From: Eledone cirrhosa
Lineage: Eukaryota
Direction: 5' to 3'
DNA: 64,000 bases
Assembly (NCBI GenBank): GCA_964016885.1
Contig: OZ024740.1
Location: 308,512,001-308,576,000, forward strand
This document shows, in pieces, positions 18,550 to 32,660 of the stretch (positions are counted from its first letter, which is position 1; each line of letters starts with the position of its first letter). Made by a program: the position numbers and the translations under genes. The notes beneath the pieces were generated by a model, which did not search any database, was not told the origin of the DNA, and saw only the letters and a program-made list of their open reading frames with translations.

Positions 18550-20431
18550 TTTTAGTTGGATTTTATGGGACTACTTATTTCATAATCTTTACTGATAACG
18601 ATACATATCCTACATTACCAGAAGCTGTATGTACAACTCACAATGTCCAATCATAAACATTAGGAAGGGCATCCAGCCACAGAACTCAAGTTGTGAGTGC
18701 GAACATTACGTGGTCACCTGACCAGTCTAACCTCAATATGTGACAACCCACCGAACTCACGGAAGCATCGAATATTGATGTAAAATGGAGATGATAGTCA
18801 TGATGTACACATACATATACATATATGTACTTACATATATATATACGTACATTCATACATTGACGGGCCATGGCCACCCTGTCTTCTAATGAGTAGGTTT
18901 ACATTATTCAATATCTCTTTACACTCCCCACGTGTATGTGTGTGTCTGTAAAGAGACACTAAATAATGTAAACCTATTTACACCCACGTGTGTGTGTTAT
19001 TACACTTAAACGTCACCATAAATGACATTTGTATGTGTGCAAACACACATATATAAGGATAAAAGCATCTATACTTTTTAAAATAATTTCTATCGATCTA
19101 TTCATCGTGTATGATTTTGTCTGTGTTGCAACGTCCTAACGTAAGAACCTTATCTATGCTGTACGGTTTTCACGTCTGTGACAGAGAGCTACCGTGATCA
19201 ACTCAATAATACTCTATATCAGTACGTAGGTTAAATACCCGTGTTGTGATGACTTCACATATCAGAGCTTATATTATATGGCCCTTGACATAGTAAGAGT
19301 TCATGTTCCTTAGCTTGACATCGTCACTAATTAAATTTCTTAGAACTGTCTTAAGGCTTCGAGAACATCGATGTAATTATTATACTTGTACGTATATAAC
19401 GAGGATGAAAGACGGATAAAAGAGAAAAGCGCTTTGATAGTACGGAAAGGGAGAGCGAGAAGAGCTTTTATGGGAGGAGAAGTAAGAGGGAAACGTTGGT
19501 ATGTGGGGAAACGTCATTTATAGGTAAACGCGCCCACACCCGCGCGCGCGCGCACACGTGATGTACTGAGAACTGCAGTTGGTGATGTTATTGTTATGGA
19601 TAGTGATTAATGCTTATGGTGGTGTAAGGGATTGCGGTAAGTAGGGGAAGACGAAGACTAGTCTCTTTTTAGTAATATTTAATATTTATTTTAAATCGTT
19701 AATTATTTAACGCATGCGCTTTAGTGCAATTAGCTGTCATTTGTTAGACTGAACCTTTTACAAAAACTCAGTTTCTACTGAGATGAGATTATTCAACGAC
19801 ATTTAACAAAACACAGGGTGAAACATTGAATAAGGTATGGATTTACTTTCCACAACCAGTGTTTAGTCGTTAAATTCTTTAGGGCTAGGAAATTAACTGA
19901 TGGTTTTGTTAGAGTAGTTAATACCAACAGACAAGAAAATCAAAGAGAAAAACGGATCACTAAAGTGACTCTATATAAAGAACTATTAAATTAATGTTAT
20001 AAATTATGATAATGGTATATTGATTCAAACGATATCAGAATAATAATTATTACATTAAAAAAATATATAATGAAATATAATTGCAGTGTAGATAGCAGAA
20101 CCCTCATATCACCAGTTTCATTTACGTAATAATTTCGTCTCCTAATGCTCAGTTCAAATCCTATCCTCCCTGGAGGAGTTGATAATATATACACCAGAAA
20201 TGAAACGAAGCAATACTTGGTTATATATTCTTCCCTGTAAATTTATGGCTTGGCTACCTTGATCCAATTTGCCTTTCATACTTTTGCAATCGATAAGTAT
20301 AGATCTGACTAGTCTTCTAAAATTTCTTGCATTGTTTTAATGTCGGAAATCGCTATTTTTATTAATCTAAATTATGTTTAGCATCAGCTAGTGGGTTTCA
20401 ATTCCCTGTTAAATTCAACGATTCTCATATA

Positions 20432-20823
20432 CGAGGGTAATCCCAAAAGTAAGGTCTCCAAAGCGATGGGGAACGCATAGAAACTGTTCGTACGGCTGTT
20501 GGCAACACTGTTGTGATTGGTGCTTCCTTCACTCCCAAACAAGCATGCGCGCGCTTCGCTGGGATGCTCAATCTTGGCTTGGCAGCCGTTGAGAATGGAG
20601 CTCCCGTTGAACGCTACCACCAAGTGCGAATTTCGCGCAGTTATTATATAGAGGGCAATCCCAAAAGTAAGGTCTCCTTCCGAGGAAAACATGCGTAAAG
20701 ATCGGCGGATCACTCCGGATGCTCTCTGCATTTTGGTTCCTGAGGTTTCCCGAAGCACCATCCACAGGATTTTAACGGAAAAGTTGCAATATCGGAAGGA
20801 GACCTTACTTTGGGATTGCCCTC

Positions 20824-20824
<1 letters not shown>
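20432..20824 (+). mobile_element. Mariner deletion derivative
   Basis: TA|CGAGGGtaatcccaaaagtaaggtctcc ... ggagaccttactttgggattgCCCTCG|TA. Internal remnants translate to MELPLNATTKCEFRAVI and ENMRKDRRIT...SRSTIHRILTEKLQYRK (mariner HTH region). Confidence 0.88.
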
Positions 20825-20871
<47 letters not shown>

Positions 20872-21104
20872 CGACAGGAGGCCGGCCAGGTTAAATTCCT
20901 TCAAACTTTTATGGAATTTAACCTGTCCGGCCTCCTGTCATTTTACTCTATAATATCATTGAACTCCGTTTCTGCACCACCCATAGGATTCAACATCACA
21001 GATGGATGAGTTGCGCAATGTCGAGTGCTTTCCTACTATTGCAACATGATTAACATTCCGGAATGACTGGTTCTATCGAGCGGTGAACCACCAAACTTAA
21101 ATGA

Positions 21105-21212
<108 letters not shown>

Positions 21213-21768
21213 CTCTGTCTAAGCGAGAAATCAGTATTATTTGTAGTGAGATATTTAATCACACATGAACCTTTAATTGCTGATGCTCTTCAGAAAGGCC
21301 TGGATGCTATAACTTCTCATTTTCTCGATAAACAACAACAGCAATGTCAGCTTTGATGTTCATTATGTCCATGATGTTTAAGCAGAATGTTATAATATAA
21401 CAACAACAGTAATGGCTGGTATGTATTTCCACCTTCACCAAATCGTTCAATATATGGTGGTGGTAGTGGTATTGGAGTGCTGCGTTAATAATAATAGTAC
21501 TAATATGTTGGAGGTTTTGATGGTAATAAAAAAGTCTCTGTGGTATTCTGTTGATCTTTGTCCTGTTGTCGACAGCCGGCGTAGGCTGTAGCAGTGCTGG
21601 TCACCACAACAGCCATACCACTAGGTTAGTAAATATGCATCTCCACATTCACACTGTCTCTGTAATACATTTCGCTGACAAATTTCACTACATCTAAATA
21701 CATGTACATCAACAAAAATGCTCTCCTCCGTGAACTCTGTATTGTAATAATAATAATAATTATTACAA

Positions 21769-21945
21769 TGGCAGTATCGGTAGAGGGTCGGACGCCATGC
21801 TTTCCAGCATAGTTACGTCCCTTTACGATCTGAGTTCAAATCCCGCCGAGGTTGACTTTGCCTTTCATCCTTCCGGGGTCGATAAAATAAAGTACCAGTA
21901 ATGCACTGGGTAATTGATGGCCTTGTGCCTAAAGTAGAAACAATT
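21769..21945 (+). mobile_element. tRNA-derived SINE with Meta-domain-like core (other copies about 22319-22530, 27440-27545, 33950-34105(-), 50259-50470, 62770-62900, 62911-63100)
   Basis: A-box-like tggcagtat.ggta and B-box gagttcaaatccc, followed by 'tttgcctttcatcctt.cggggtcgataaaataaagtaccag'. The domain name is from memory. Confidence 0.8.
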
Positions 21946-22975
21946 ATTACAAACACACTTTTGCATATTTCTGTTGGGATTTTGTTTGTCGCATGGTTTC
22001 GTTGAATTCCATGACAAGAACTAAACATTCAAATTAGCAGTCTTGTTTCTTTGTTGGTCTATGCCAACATCGATCACTTCAACCACTCAATAACTAACGG
22101 TCACATCGATCATCGATTAGACAAACTAACCAAACATTACTGCTAAATATGCATGCATACAATCTGATTTGTATTTGTTCGGCAAGTGACCTAATCACTA
22201 CATTTATATTGAAAATGAAACAGCTATATTCTGGACGAACTATATCTATTTAAAATACACAATACTGTTATGTTCACTTTTGTTTTATTTTGTAATAGTA
22301 TTATTATATGCTATATAAGGGCGGTGTATTGGTAATATCAGTAGAGTCGGACACCATGCTTTGCAGCATAGAGTTACGGTCCTTTACGTTCTGAGTTCAA
22401 ATCCCGCCGAGGTTAGCTTTGCCTTTCATCCTTACGAAGTCGATAAAATAAAGCACCTATAATGCTCTGGGGTCAATGTAATCGACTTTCCTCTCCCCTT
22501 CAAATTGCTGAACTTGTGCCTAAAGTATAAACACTTATTAAATGCTGTACAGAGTCAAATCATTTTACGTACATCTATATTATGGAGTTACGTCAGTTAT
22601 CAAGTCGTAGTGGCACGGCGTAATTTTGACATCATTTACAATATTATAATGTTTATCACGATATGTGTTCAAGTGTTACTTTTAAAGAACCATAGCTTTT
22701 TAAACAAAATAAAACATAATGTTACACTTTCAACAAATGGAATTCCGTCAAGACTACATCAGTGACATACTAAATGCTGTGACACACTAAAATGCTGTGA
22801 CACACCAAAAAATTATTGATGACACACAAAATGTCACAAAACACCTAGAGATTATTAGCGACACAAATGGAATGAAATCGAAAACCTAATGATACCATGT
22901 TATGAAGATCTTTAAATGGATGCATCAAAATAGAAATAAAGGCTATTTACAAAACGTGCATAGTGTGTGTGTGTA

Positions 22976-23075
22976 CAGGATGTCCCCGAAAAATGTATAC
23001 ACACTTCAACAGCATTCTAAAAAATATTGCCTGTACAGGTAATCAAAGGATGTATACATTTTTAGGGACACCCTG
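22976..23075. mobile_element. ~100-bp Tc1/mariner-type MITE (second copy 26635-26731)
   Basis: TA|CAGGaTGTCCC...GGGACACCCTG|TA. The two copies are similar throughout. Confidence 0.85.
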
Positions 23076-23079
23076 TATA

Positions 23080-23310
23080 TCTGGCTTAATCGTTAGAGGG
23101 TTGGATTCAGAATCGTTGTGAGTTCGATTCTTGGTCTGGACGATGCATTGTGTCCTCGAGCAAGATATTCTTTTCATTCTTTTCACGTTTCTCCAGTTCA
23201 CTGGGATGTAAAAATGAATTGTGACGTCACTGGTGTCAGGTTGTACTGGCCTTTCCATTGGACAACATCGATGGTGTGGAGATGGGAGACTGCTATGCAT
23301 TGGCGACTGC
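23080..23310 (+). mobile_element. Old tRNA/CORE-like SINE
   Basis: tggcttaatcgttagag...gagttcgattc...ttgtgtcctcgagcaagata. Confidence 0.6.
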
Positions 23311-23354
23311 TGGTCACCCCCAAAAATGTTCCCCTCTGAGACCAACAGTTTCGG

Positions 23355-24249
23355 ATGGTAACTTTCTAGGTCAGTTTTCTTGTGCATTTGGTCTTGATAG
23401 ACTTTCGTAACTGTCTCAGCAAGTTGGTATAATAGTCTCCATTGATGGTGTCGTCCTTTTGCAGATAGTCAATAAACACAATGCCTTTTGCATCCTCCTA
23501 AACTGAGGTTATCACCTCCCCTGCATATGAAACAACTTTGGCCTTCTTTAGAGCAAGTGTGAAGGGGTGTTTCCATTGCATGGATTGTCTTTTTGTCTCT
23601 GGCTCAAAGTGATGAACTGGGTTAGGAAACGTTCAAGGAAACCAGCTAGATTTGCATCAAACAATGTCAGATTTCCCCGAGATGTGATTAGCCTGGTGCT
23701 CTTTTAATCATGTGTCAGAAAACGTGGCACCCACCGAGCAGAAACCTTTGTCATGCCAAGTTCATTGTGCCGAATATTCTCAACTCTCACGGGATATGCT
23801 AATATTATTGGGTATTTGATTTATAATCAGTCGCCTTTCATCCATCACCATGTGGTGAAAACGATCAATGTTTTCCTTGGTGGTGGCTGTTGCAGGACGT
23901 CCAGACCATGGATGATCTTCAAGACTTTTCTTTCCCCTCTTCAGCTGCCCACTTTTGCATTGTTGATAAAGCTGAAGCATCATCCCCTAATCTAGCAACC
24001 ATGTCAGCATGAATGTCCTTGGGGTTAAACCTTTTTTTTTTGCAGTTACATGATAACACCTCGATGCCAAATGTCCATTTTCAAGAGAAATTGTTACTAG
24101 TTACTTTTGAAGTCTTCTTTTAAGAGACAGATGTCAATTTACCTGGAAAGAAGCAATGCAGTTATTAAGAAGTGTTGAAATTAATGCATGAGCGATTTCA
24201 CAGCTCTAGCATCACTCCTTTATAGTCAGCATATGAACTTTTCAACCTC

Positions 24250-24254
<5 letters not shown>
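23355..24254 (-). pseudogene. Decayed mariner transposase element (3'-truncated)
   Basis: The minus strand encodes SLEDHPWSGRPATATT..., MTKVSARWVPRFLT, HHFEPETKRQSMQWKH and DAKGIVFIDYLQK..TING.YY with frameshifts and stops. A TIR-like aaggtgaggttgaaaagttc abuts (TA)n at about 24254. Confidence 0.9.
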
Positions 24255-24287
<33 letters not shown>

Positions 24288-24289
24288 CA

Positions 24290-24425
24290 TGTTATTAAGG
24301 GTAAATGAATCTTGTTACTCTGGTGTTTCGCCCGTTTATCACAGGGTCATCTTGTCTGTTAAAATGAATATTAAAACTTTACTTCGGTATTGAGTACTCC
24401 TTTCTCTCATCCGCCAACCATATAC
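24290..24425 (-). mobile_element. Family A hammerhead element (damaged core)
   Basis: The minus strand has GTACTCAATAC (24387-24397) ... GATGA-CCCTG(tgataaa)CGGGC-GAAA-CACCAGAG-TA-ACAAG...ccttaataa. Confidence 0.7.
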
Positions 24426-25003
24426 GGATATATATATATATGCGCACACGCACACACATATATATCGCACACACAGACACACTATCATCTCTATTTCACT
24501 GTCTAAAACGCAAGGAATGAATGATGTTTTCGTTGCTGTCTCAATCTGCTGGGAGTTCCCATTGCATTCCGTTAACTCCTCCATATTACTGCTTTGGCGG
24601 CGGGAGGGAGACTTCATTTGCCTGTTCCATTTTACTTTCGTTTCTTTTCGCCTTTTATATGTATTACTTTCCTCATTTTTCTTTTCTTCATATCTTTGTT
24701 TCTTCAGTCCTTCCTATTTTCTTTCTTTCATTCTTTTTGTTTCTTTCCTTTGTTTTCATTCACTTCTTCTTTTCTCTTTGTTTCCTTCTTTCGTTCTTTA
24801 TTCATTTTCCTCCTTTCGTTTTTTTCTTTCCTTTTTTTTCTTTCCATCTTTTTGTTTTTTTCATTCTTTTCCTCTTTCGTTTTTTCTTTCTTTCATTTTT
24901 TTCTTTCTATCTTTTTGTTTCTTTCATTCTTCGTATTTCTTTTCATTCGTTTAAACATATTTCTTTCCTTTTCTTTTTCATTTATTCCTGCTAGTAGTAA
25001 CAT

Positions 25004-25060
<57 letters not shown>

Positions 25061-26142
25061 AATATGCGCCCGGGGCGTCATACTCCTGCTAAAATACATA
25101 AGATTGCAGTGTCGGCATTTGACATCGTGTCAAGATGATCTATCTATCGACTTTACGCGTTATTCAGAGCGGACATTATTTTGGTGAATGTAACCGCAGA
25201 CGTATGAAAGTAGGATGTCGACTGTGATGTGATGTCTGCCGATAGTTTAGTGACGTTTTGTTTTTAGGGTCGTCTTGCACTCTGCTATCACACTTCTCAC
25301 TTGGCTTGCGTATGTGTGTTCGCGCGCATGTATATTTACACACACACATATTTTCTGAGGCTAGGTTACAACCTTAAAAATTCATAGCAAAAGGCTCTCA
25401 AATGTTTTTCATAAACATCCCGTATATTATTCAATATACAATACGTACATTTATATGTATAACGCTGTTGGAGCACCAATACAAATATATATATATATAT
25501 ATTCAAATGCGTATAATTAATTTAATATATAATAATTTCCTGCGATCAATAAATATACCACTAAATATCTTTGTCACGTAACACTGTTGTGGAAACATCC
25601 AAAGCGATGTAGGGAATAGTATGGTGTTATGACTTGTAACATGATTTGGGGTGTGGACTATGTAGTGCAGAATTAATAATTTTTATAGTTGAAGCTATTT
25701 TATTTCGGAGAATGGAGTGCATAAGGTAGAGCTAACATAGGGCTCTTATTACGCGGGTGCCGACCCTCCATCTGTCTATAAAATATGTATTATATAAACG
25801 TTATATGTGTATTCGTATAATATTCATAAAACTGTATATATTCCTGTCGGCTTCGACAAAGAGTATCAATTGAATTACATACTCATTGTAATATCGTGTG
25901 ATTGAGTGAAAATTCCACGTATGGTGGGAACCTTAAAGAATTCTCGGGCAGAATCAGCATAACACAACGTGTTTATCAAAACTGCACCTTTAAATTAATT
26001 GCAGGCATAGTCCATCAAACGGGCTTGCAATTTCTGTCTACCTAATTTCATTCAGAAGGCTTGGGTCGACACGAAACAGTGGTAAAAAAACATTTGCTCA
26101 AGAAAAACGCAGAGAGATATCTAACCCGCTACCTCATGTTTG

Positions 26143-26340
26143 CAGACCTGCCAACCTCTAAAAGCCCAAACGGGGTGTACCATGAAAAGATAGAGCCCCT
26201 AAAACGGGGAGAAATGAGGCAAAATGGGGAGATTTTACATAATGAAAGCTATCCCCGTTTTCACAAGAAAACACATCGCTCACCCACCCCAAAATGGGTG
26301 GGAGATCTCCCCGTCAGACGGAGAGAGTTGACAGGTTGTG
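26143..26340. mobile_element. Probable hAT-type MITE
   Basis: Imperfect TIRs cagacctgccaacctct / agagttgacaggttgtg. No clear TSD. Confidence 0.5.
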
Positions 26341-26797
26341 AAGCAAACTGTCGGGTATTTTTATTTGTGGCTTTCTGTGTTATTCAGGAATGTGTCTGTC
26401 TCCTGGCTGACAGTCTGTCTGTCTGTATGTATGTCTGTCTGTGTGAGTATGTATGTATGTATGTGCGAAAGTGTGTCATTTTCTTTACTGTCCTCTATTT
26501 TTTACGCCGATATGTGTCGGTTGACGAGTCTTTTGCTTGTCTACAATTTGTGTTCACTATCTTGATCACACACACAAGTAAGGTGCTTCGGTTTCGACGG
26601 CTATTTGGAGGAAGTATATATATATATATATACACAGGGTGTTCCCCCAAAATGTATACATACTTCAACAGCATTCTAATAAATATTGCATGTACAGGTA
26701 ATCAAAGTGTGTACACATTTAGGACACCCTGTGTGTGTGTGTGTGTGTGTATACGAAATTCACATACATATTTGCATACAGCTATGTCGAAGCTGCG

Positions 26798-26842
<45 letters not shown>

Positions 26843-27964
26843 AAAGTGAATGTCAGTGTATACGCAATTAAACATACGTTTGTCTACATAATACATGCAT
26901 ACAATGTGTTCTGCTGTCACTATATTTGTAGTCATGTTATATTGATCTGTACTCTTGCTTCTGTGAACACAGTTATATTTGTATATTACCAATATTTGTT
27001 TGTAAGTGTCTCTGTGTGATGTACACACGTACGTACACATTTCTATACATAAACACGCATGCACCCACACATGTATGAGTGTGTGTGTACATATACAGAC
27101 GTGTGTTTTGCGAATTTTCTGTACATATTTAATGTGTGTATACATATGCATCACAGGAATTGGTTCTATACACATCTACACATTTCTATATATAAACACA
27201 CACACACACACATAATATGTATGTATGCAATTGTGCGTGTGTATGTACGTGTATATATACAAACGTGTTATGCGAATTTTCCCTACATAATTGGTTCTAA
27301 ACACATCGGCTCCCATTAAAACTTTAGTTAACGCGGGCCCTTCGACTGGCCACAAGTAACAACCTACTGTCTTGAAACAAGAGACTGTATAATCATTGCC
27401 TGAAAGAAAGACGGTATGGTCATTGCTGGGATGTTTTATAACGCCGAGGTTAACTTTGCCGTTCATCCTTACGGGGTCGATAAAATAAAGTACCAGTTAT
27501 GCTCTGGGACAATTGCTGGCCTTGTGCCAAATGTAGAAACAATATTAGGTTTGTATTATAAGAGACGATCTGGAGCTAAACAAGTTGATTTTTTCAGGCC
27601 AGAACAGAAAGAATCATATGAGTTAGTTGACACCAGGATCCTACGATTTTGAGGAGGGGTGGGATACTTGTTAGAAGCAAAGGAGGACACTGATAAAGGG
27701 TTTTTTTTTTTTCAAATCATTAAAAAAGTCGTTCTTTTATTTTTTATTCGTTTTGTTATCTGTTATACATAAACATATTATGTCAATTATATTTACAAAC
27801 AGAAGTTATACAATGGTGGAAATATTTTATCTGATAGACTAAACATATTATGTCAACTATATTTTACAAACAGAAGTTATACAATGGCGAAAATATTTAA
27901 AAAAAAAAGATAAAAACAAAATTAAGTAATGAAAAAACAAGGGGGGAAAAGGGGAAGAAGGACA

Positions 27965-28154
27965 TATCTGACTGTATAGGAAAGGACTATAAATGCCATA
28001 AATGGGAAGTAAAGGAAGGAAACAGCAAGGACTATTAGGCAAGGAAGATAGGGAGAGGGTGACAGACTCTGTGCCTAGGTCAGGGTGGTGTTTCGGTTGC
28101 ACCCCATGAACAAAACTGCAAAGGCATTTCTGCGGACAATGGCCAGCGACACCC
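27965..28154 (-). mobile_element. 3' end of CRE-like (RLE) non-LTR retrotransposon
   Basis: The reverse complement aligns with 33181-33380 (VSLAIVRRNAFAVL plus 3' UTR). Confidence 0.75.
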
Positions 28155-31100
28155 AGAGTTAGTTTACACATTGACACCTCAACCCATTCTATTTTATAAC
28201 AAATGGGATTTCTAGTAATGTACTTTTTTTGTCACGTATAATGTTTCTTAAAATTAATTGTCGCAGGAATGCTGCAACTTAGAATAAAATTTCGCCGGAG
28301 ATAGATTAGCAAAATTTAATTAGTGAGGGGGACTGAAATAAGAGCTGGTAAGAAAAAATTATGATTCGTGAGTTCAATCTCAACTCGATCTTTTGTCACC
28401 TTATAGAAACTCTTCTTCTTCGTATCGTGTCCACACTTATAACTGTTGCTTGTGGTGGTGATAGGATTACCAGTATCTTATCAATACCCCAGGCCCGTGG
28501 CGTGGACGCTCCTATTATGACCCTAAAAGAAACTAATATAGCTTTAGCTGTCCGAAACGAGTTTTACGAAACACTTCGTTTTAACTGATTCTGGCCAGAT
28601 CGCTGTGAATATGCTAGAAAAATTACCATAAGATTGCATATCTCTCTAGCTTTCTTGAGAGCAGTGTTTTCAGAAGGGATTGATCGTATTTCCTTAGTGT
28701 ATTTTTTGGTTTAAAGCTGTTTGGTTGAGTATAGAGTGAATAATGTAAATTCTAGAACTAACTAGTACTCACTGCATATTAAAAAACGGTTTCATTAAAT
28801 GATTTAATATAAATGCACTTAAAATATCTTCAGAGTAACTAAAATGGAACAAGGTTTTTTGAATGACAACTATATTTTGAATACGACACTAAAAGAGCTA
28901 ATTTCAGAAAAGTGCAATCTTTTTACATTGCTGAGTACACGTTAATATTAGTATTGGAATATTCATTTTCACTGGAGTTTATGTAATTTTGGCCTAATCG
29001 ATAATACTGTTTTGCTGTATGATTGCAACTTCAACTAACTGATCTTTTGCAATTTTATTCAGTAGTTAGACGTATATATTCATGAGCAGCAGTGAAATTG
29101 GCTTAAGAGCAATTTTTCCGCGGAGTTAATATCACCCATGGATATCTAGTAAGGAAAAACATTCTTGATCGAATCTGATAGTTTCTGCGACAATCTAATC
29201 TCAGAATTTTCCATGTACAAGATAGTAACATGTTAATGAATTCAGGAGAGTGTATTACTGGATATTGCCATTAAAAAGCCTTGCATCTGGTTTTGGACAC
29301 ATTTTATAATTTTATTTTTTTTAATATGAAATGTGGAGAGTATGATATTTTCACTTAAGGTTTCTTTCTCATAAAACACTATTCGATAATTTGTTATATT
29401 ATTTCGTATCCAGTCGTTTATAACATTCAAATCTTACTATATTGTTTCTTTGCAATTTTATTTCTAGTGACATCTTAGTTACAACCACTTAGCAGGTATA
29501 AAACCCCCATGTATCGTAATGTGCTAAAGCTGTGGGCGAATCTCACTTTGCAATAATCCACGAGAGCCCCCTCCCCCCTCCCATACATATGTGGCCCTAG
29601 AGCCCTTTCTTTTCTATATTCCATTTATCTATCTACTGGGTGTCCACTTTTCTGAAAGCTGGAAAACTAGACATCTATTTTTTTTTTCTTTCGTTCAAAT
29701 GTGAAAGTTATTTCAAAGGCATGATGCCGGGGTCAACTCCGCCGAAAGATTTGCCAGAATATTGATAGACACATTCAACGATAAACCTTGTCAAATGAAA
29801 TGTTTACTGTCTCATCATAAATGTAAATATACAAATGTTAGACAGCATCGCCTAGAATTATGTTGAGGAAGTTATTGTTACCAATATAATTGTTTCACAA
29901 ATTCATGTCTACTTACAACTACCCTTATCTCTCTAATTTCATTTCATTCTCTCTCTCTCTCTCGTTATGACTCAATATTATATAACATTCTAAACCCCCA
30001 GCAACATGAATTCCCTCTTTCTCACACACACATTTACACCTCCACCTGCAGTGATTTACGATTTGATGATGATGGACTGGTATTGTTGATGTTATTTGGT
30101 ATTTGTCCGTTGGTCAGTGGTTTACATTCATTGTGGTGTGGCAGTGTGTTTGTGGTAGTAAACTTTTGGCTTGATGGGTATTATGTATAAGGTTGGCCTG
30201 TCCCATATGAAGCGTTTTGTGAAATACAGTTGAATGAACAAATAAACAATGATCGCTGCTTAAATTTTATTCAAGAATAACCTGCTACGAAGTTATTGAT
30301 GAAAACAGTGTAACAAGGCAGTATTGTATGTTTGTGTATGTGTTTGTGCAGAGTGTTCGAAAGATGATATACACTGTTGGGGCATAAACTAACCTTTTGT
30401 TGTTGTAGGACGGGCATAAAGCTCGCGGGCCCTTGTCGATAGCGTTTTTAACGACTGCATCGCTTAGAATGCGATGATGAAGCTGGTTATCTCAGATGAA
30501 CTCCAGTTGGACACTCTCCTGACTTGTCACTTTGACCTACTTCGCCAATATGAGAACAAAAGTTCAAATTACTGCCACACACCTACTCATGTTGTTTCCT
30601 TCTTGGCATGCACTATTTTACCACTTCATCCTTCTCTATAGACACCGTCACAAGACCTTATGTTTACCGAAGAGCGGAAATGGGATGTTGTGACGTTACT
30701 GTCTCATTATAGCATAAGTGTTGTAAAAAATCTGCTGTGCAGAATTGAAAGTGGATGGCAGATTCGGTCGGTTGTTAGCATATCTTTTTACTCTACTTGA
30801 CTATAGAATGCATACAAATAAATATAATTTATATAAAAATTTATGCTAAAAATGAGTGAGAAGATACACAAACATAATGTCTCAACAAGGGGTGCTGGAG
30901 TTTCCTTCTAATAATTTTCGTGGCAAACCAACACACACACAGCATTATCACGGGTGATAACGAAGCTAATACGCTGGAATAACCAAGCACCCGTGTGGTC
31001 ATCACTTGATAAGGCGAGCCACCAACCGAGACAAGAACTTTGTCGTTAGGGGGTCCAGCTCCCCAAAACATCACGAACGCTACCGGCCGCGAAAAAGAGT

Positions 31101-31699
31101 TGGCTGATAATTCCTAGCATTTTAGAATTTTATTTTGTTCGGCTATTGTTGCAGCGACCCTCACAACTAGTTTCAGAAAAAAGAAAAAAATCTCGAAAAG
31201 CAAATATTCTCATTCGGTTAGATAAGCAGAAAAAACAATTGACCCACTGTTAACTAAAGCGTTAACAAAGAGAGTATGCTTTCCTAATATACAGTAATAA
31301 CCCGCTTGGAGCTGATTCACTATAGCGCCCTCTTTTCTTTGAGACAATATATCTTATGTGGATAGCACTATATTATTATAATAATTGTACGTTAATATGT
31401 AAGAAAATGATTCACTCTCGTATACACACGAATTATTCACACAATTGTTTATCCATTATGAGTGGAAACAGCTTGCAACTCCTAGTGCTGAAAAATCATT
31501 TAAGGTGACCCCAAAAGTATCACAGTAAATATAAAACTGCAAGTGTTGAGGTGATTGGAAGCTGGCAAACGTCAAGTGTAGTCTTTAAACTTGGCTGCAT
31601 CAACGATTAGAACAATGCGGACAAAGTAAAAGCTTCTGTTTTGTAAGGCCCCATTGTTATCAACGTTTGTGTATGTGTGGTATATATACATATTCTTCC

Positions 31700-32660
31700 G
31701 TGTTCGGACCTGGTCTGCAGCGTCAGTTGTCCGTAGGAGGTAGTGGTTTGTACTTAGCGAAGGTTTTTAGAACCGTGTGTTTGCGATGCCAATACGCGCG
31801 CGCGATGAGATAGTGAAAGCGTTGCCGTGGAGTCAGTCGGCCAGCGATGCTCGTTGCATATCATCTATTCCACCTCACATAGCCCCCTTCTCAAGCGGGA
31901 TGCTATCATCCCGATTTTGCAGAGGAAATCTGTAGTCCGGCGACCGATGTCATCGGAGGTCTCTGTGGCGACCAGTACAAACAGGAATCAGTCTGGTAAT
32001 GTTTGATATTTGGTCCCTTTTTCTGCTTCTCTGTATTACAGGCGGTACAACCTGGATTTATGGCCGAAGCGATGAGGTTGGCACCAGAGAAAATGTTGGA
32101 ACATGCAGCGTTTCAGATACGTGACCTATTCCTCTAAACGAACGTCTACCATTTCGCTGTCAAACTCGACAGGCTCTAATTATGATGGGAAATATAAATT
32201 ATAAGAGGATTTCATCACGAGCTCATTTGCCTTGCACATGGACCTCCGCATGTGTGAACCGTGACACTACCGATTTCTCATTACAACTGTAACCTGTTGA
32301 CCTCGATCGCCACAACGCTAGACAGGATAACCCTTTTCTCGTTTGAGTGTCGTGGGTCATTAATCTGGGATGCTCAGTGGTTGTAACTCTTTCTTGGGTG
32401 ACAACCTTTTCTTTTCGAACATTTACCCATGCTCTACCAACCGTAAGGCAGAGAAGCGGAAGACAACCAGATATCGGACCGGTTCCTTTTTGTTCTGGTC
32501 ACCATTAAAACCTTCGGTATAGTCGGTCACCAGACTGTCTTTATACTCCACTAAATCGGGATGAGGGCACCATACCCGATGAAGTTGTCTCGTGATTTGG
32601 AATGGCTGATCAGTGGATATCGCCGCAACACACTCCTCATCTTGTACGCAATGCACAGAT
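31700..32660 (-). pseudogene. Heavily decayed CRE-like retrotransposon C-terminal region
   Basis: Minus-strand fragments NAACSNIFSGANLIASAINPGCTACNTEKQK, FVLVATETSDDIG...KIGMIASRLRRGLCEV, MQRASLA and HGNAFTI parallel the peptide at 32872-33260. The upstream boundary is uncertain. Confidence 0.65.

Noticed and set aside
24517-25187. Phe-rich membrane-like ORFs
   Set aside because: T/C-rich low-complexity sequence.
26061-26843. 260-aa ORF
   Set aside because: It runs through two MITEs and microsatellites, with no recognisable domain.
27770-27900. ~60-bp tandem duplication (and the decayed tandem at about 56960-57210)
   Set aside because: Ordinary local duplications with no further structure.
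28190-30720. Non-repetitive-looking block that might be a decayed transposase or host exon
   Set aside because: I could not read any convincing protein motif on either strand.
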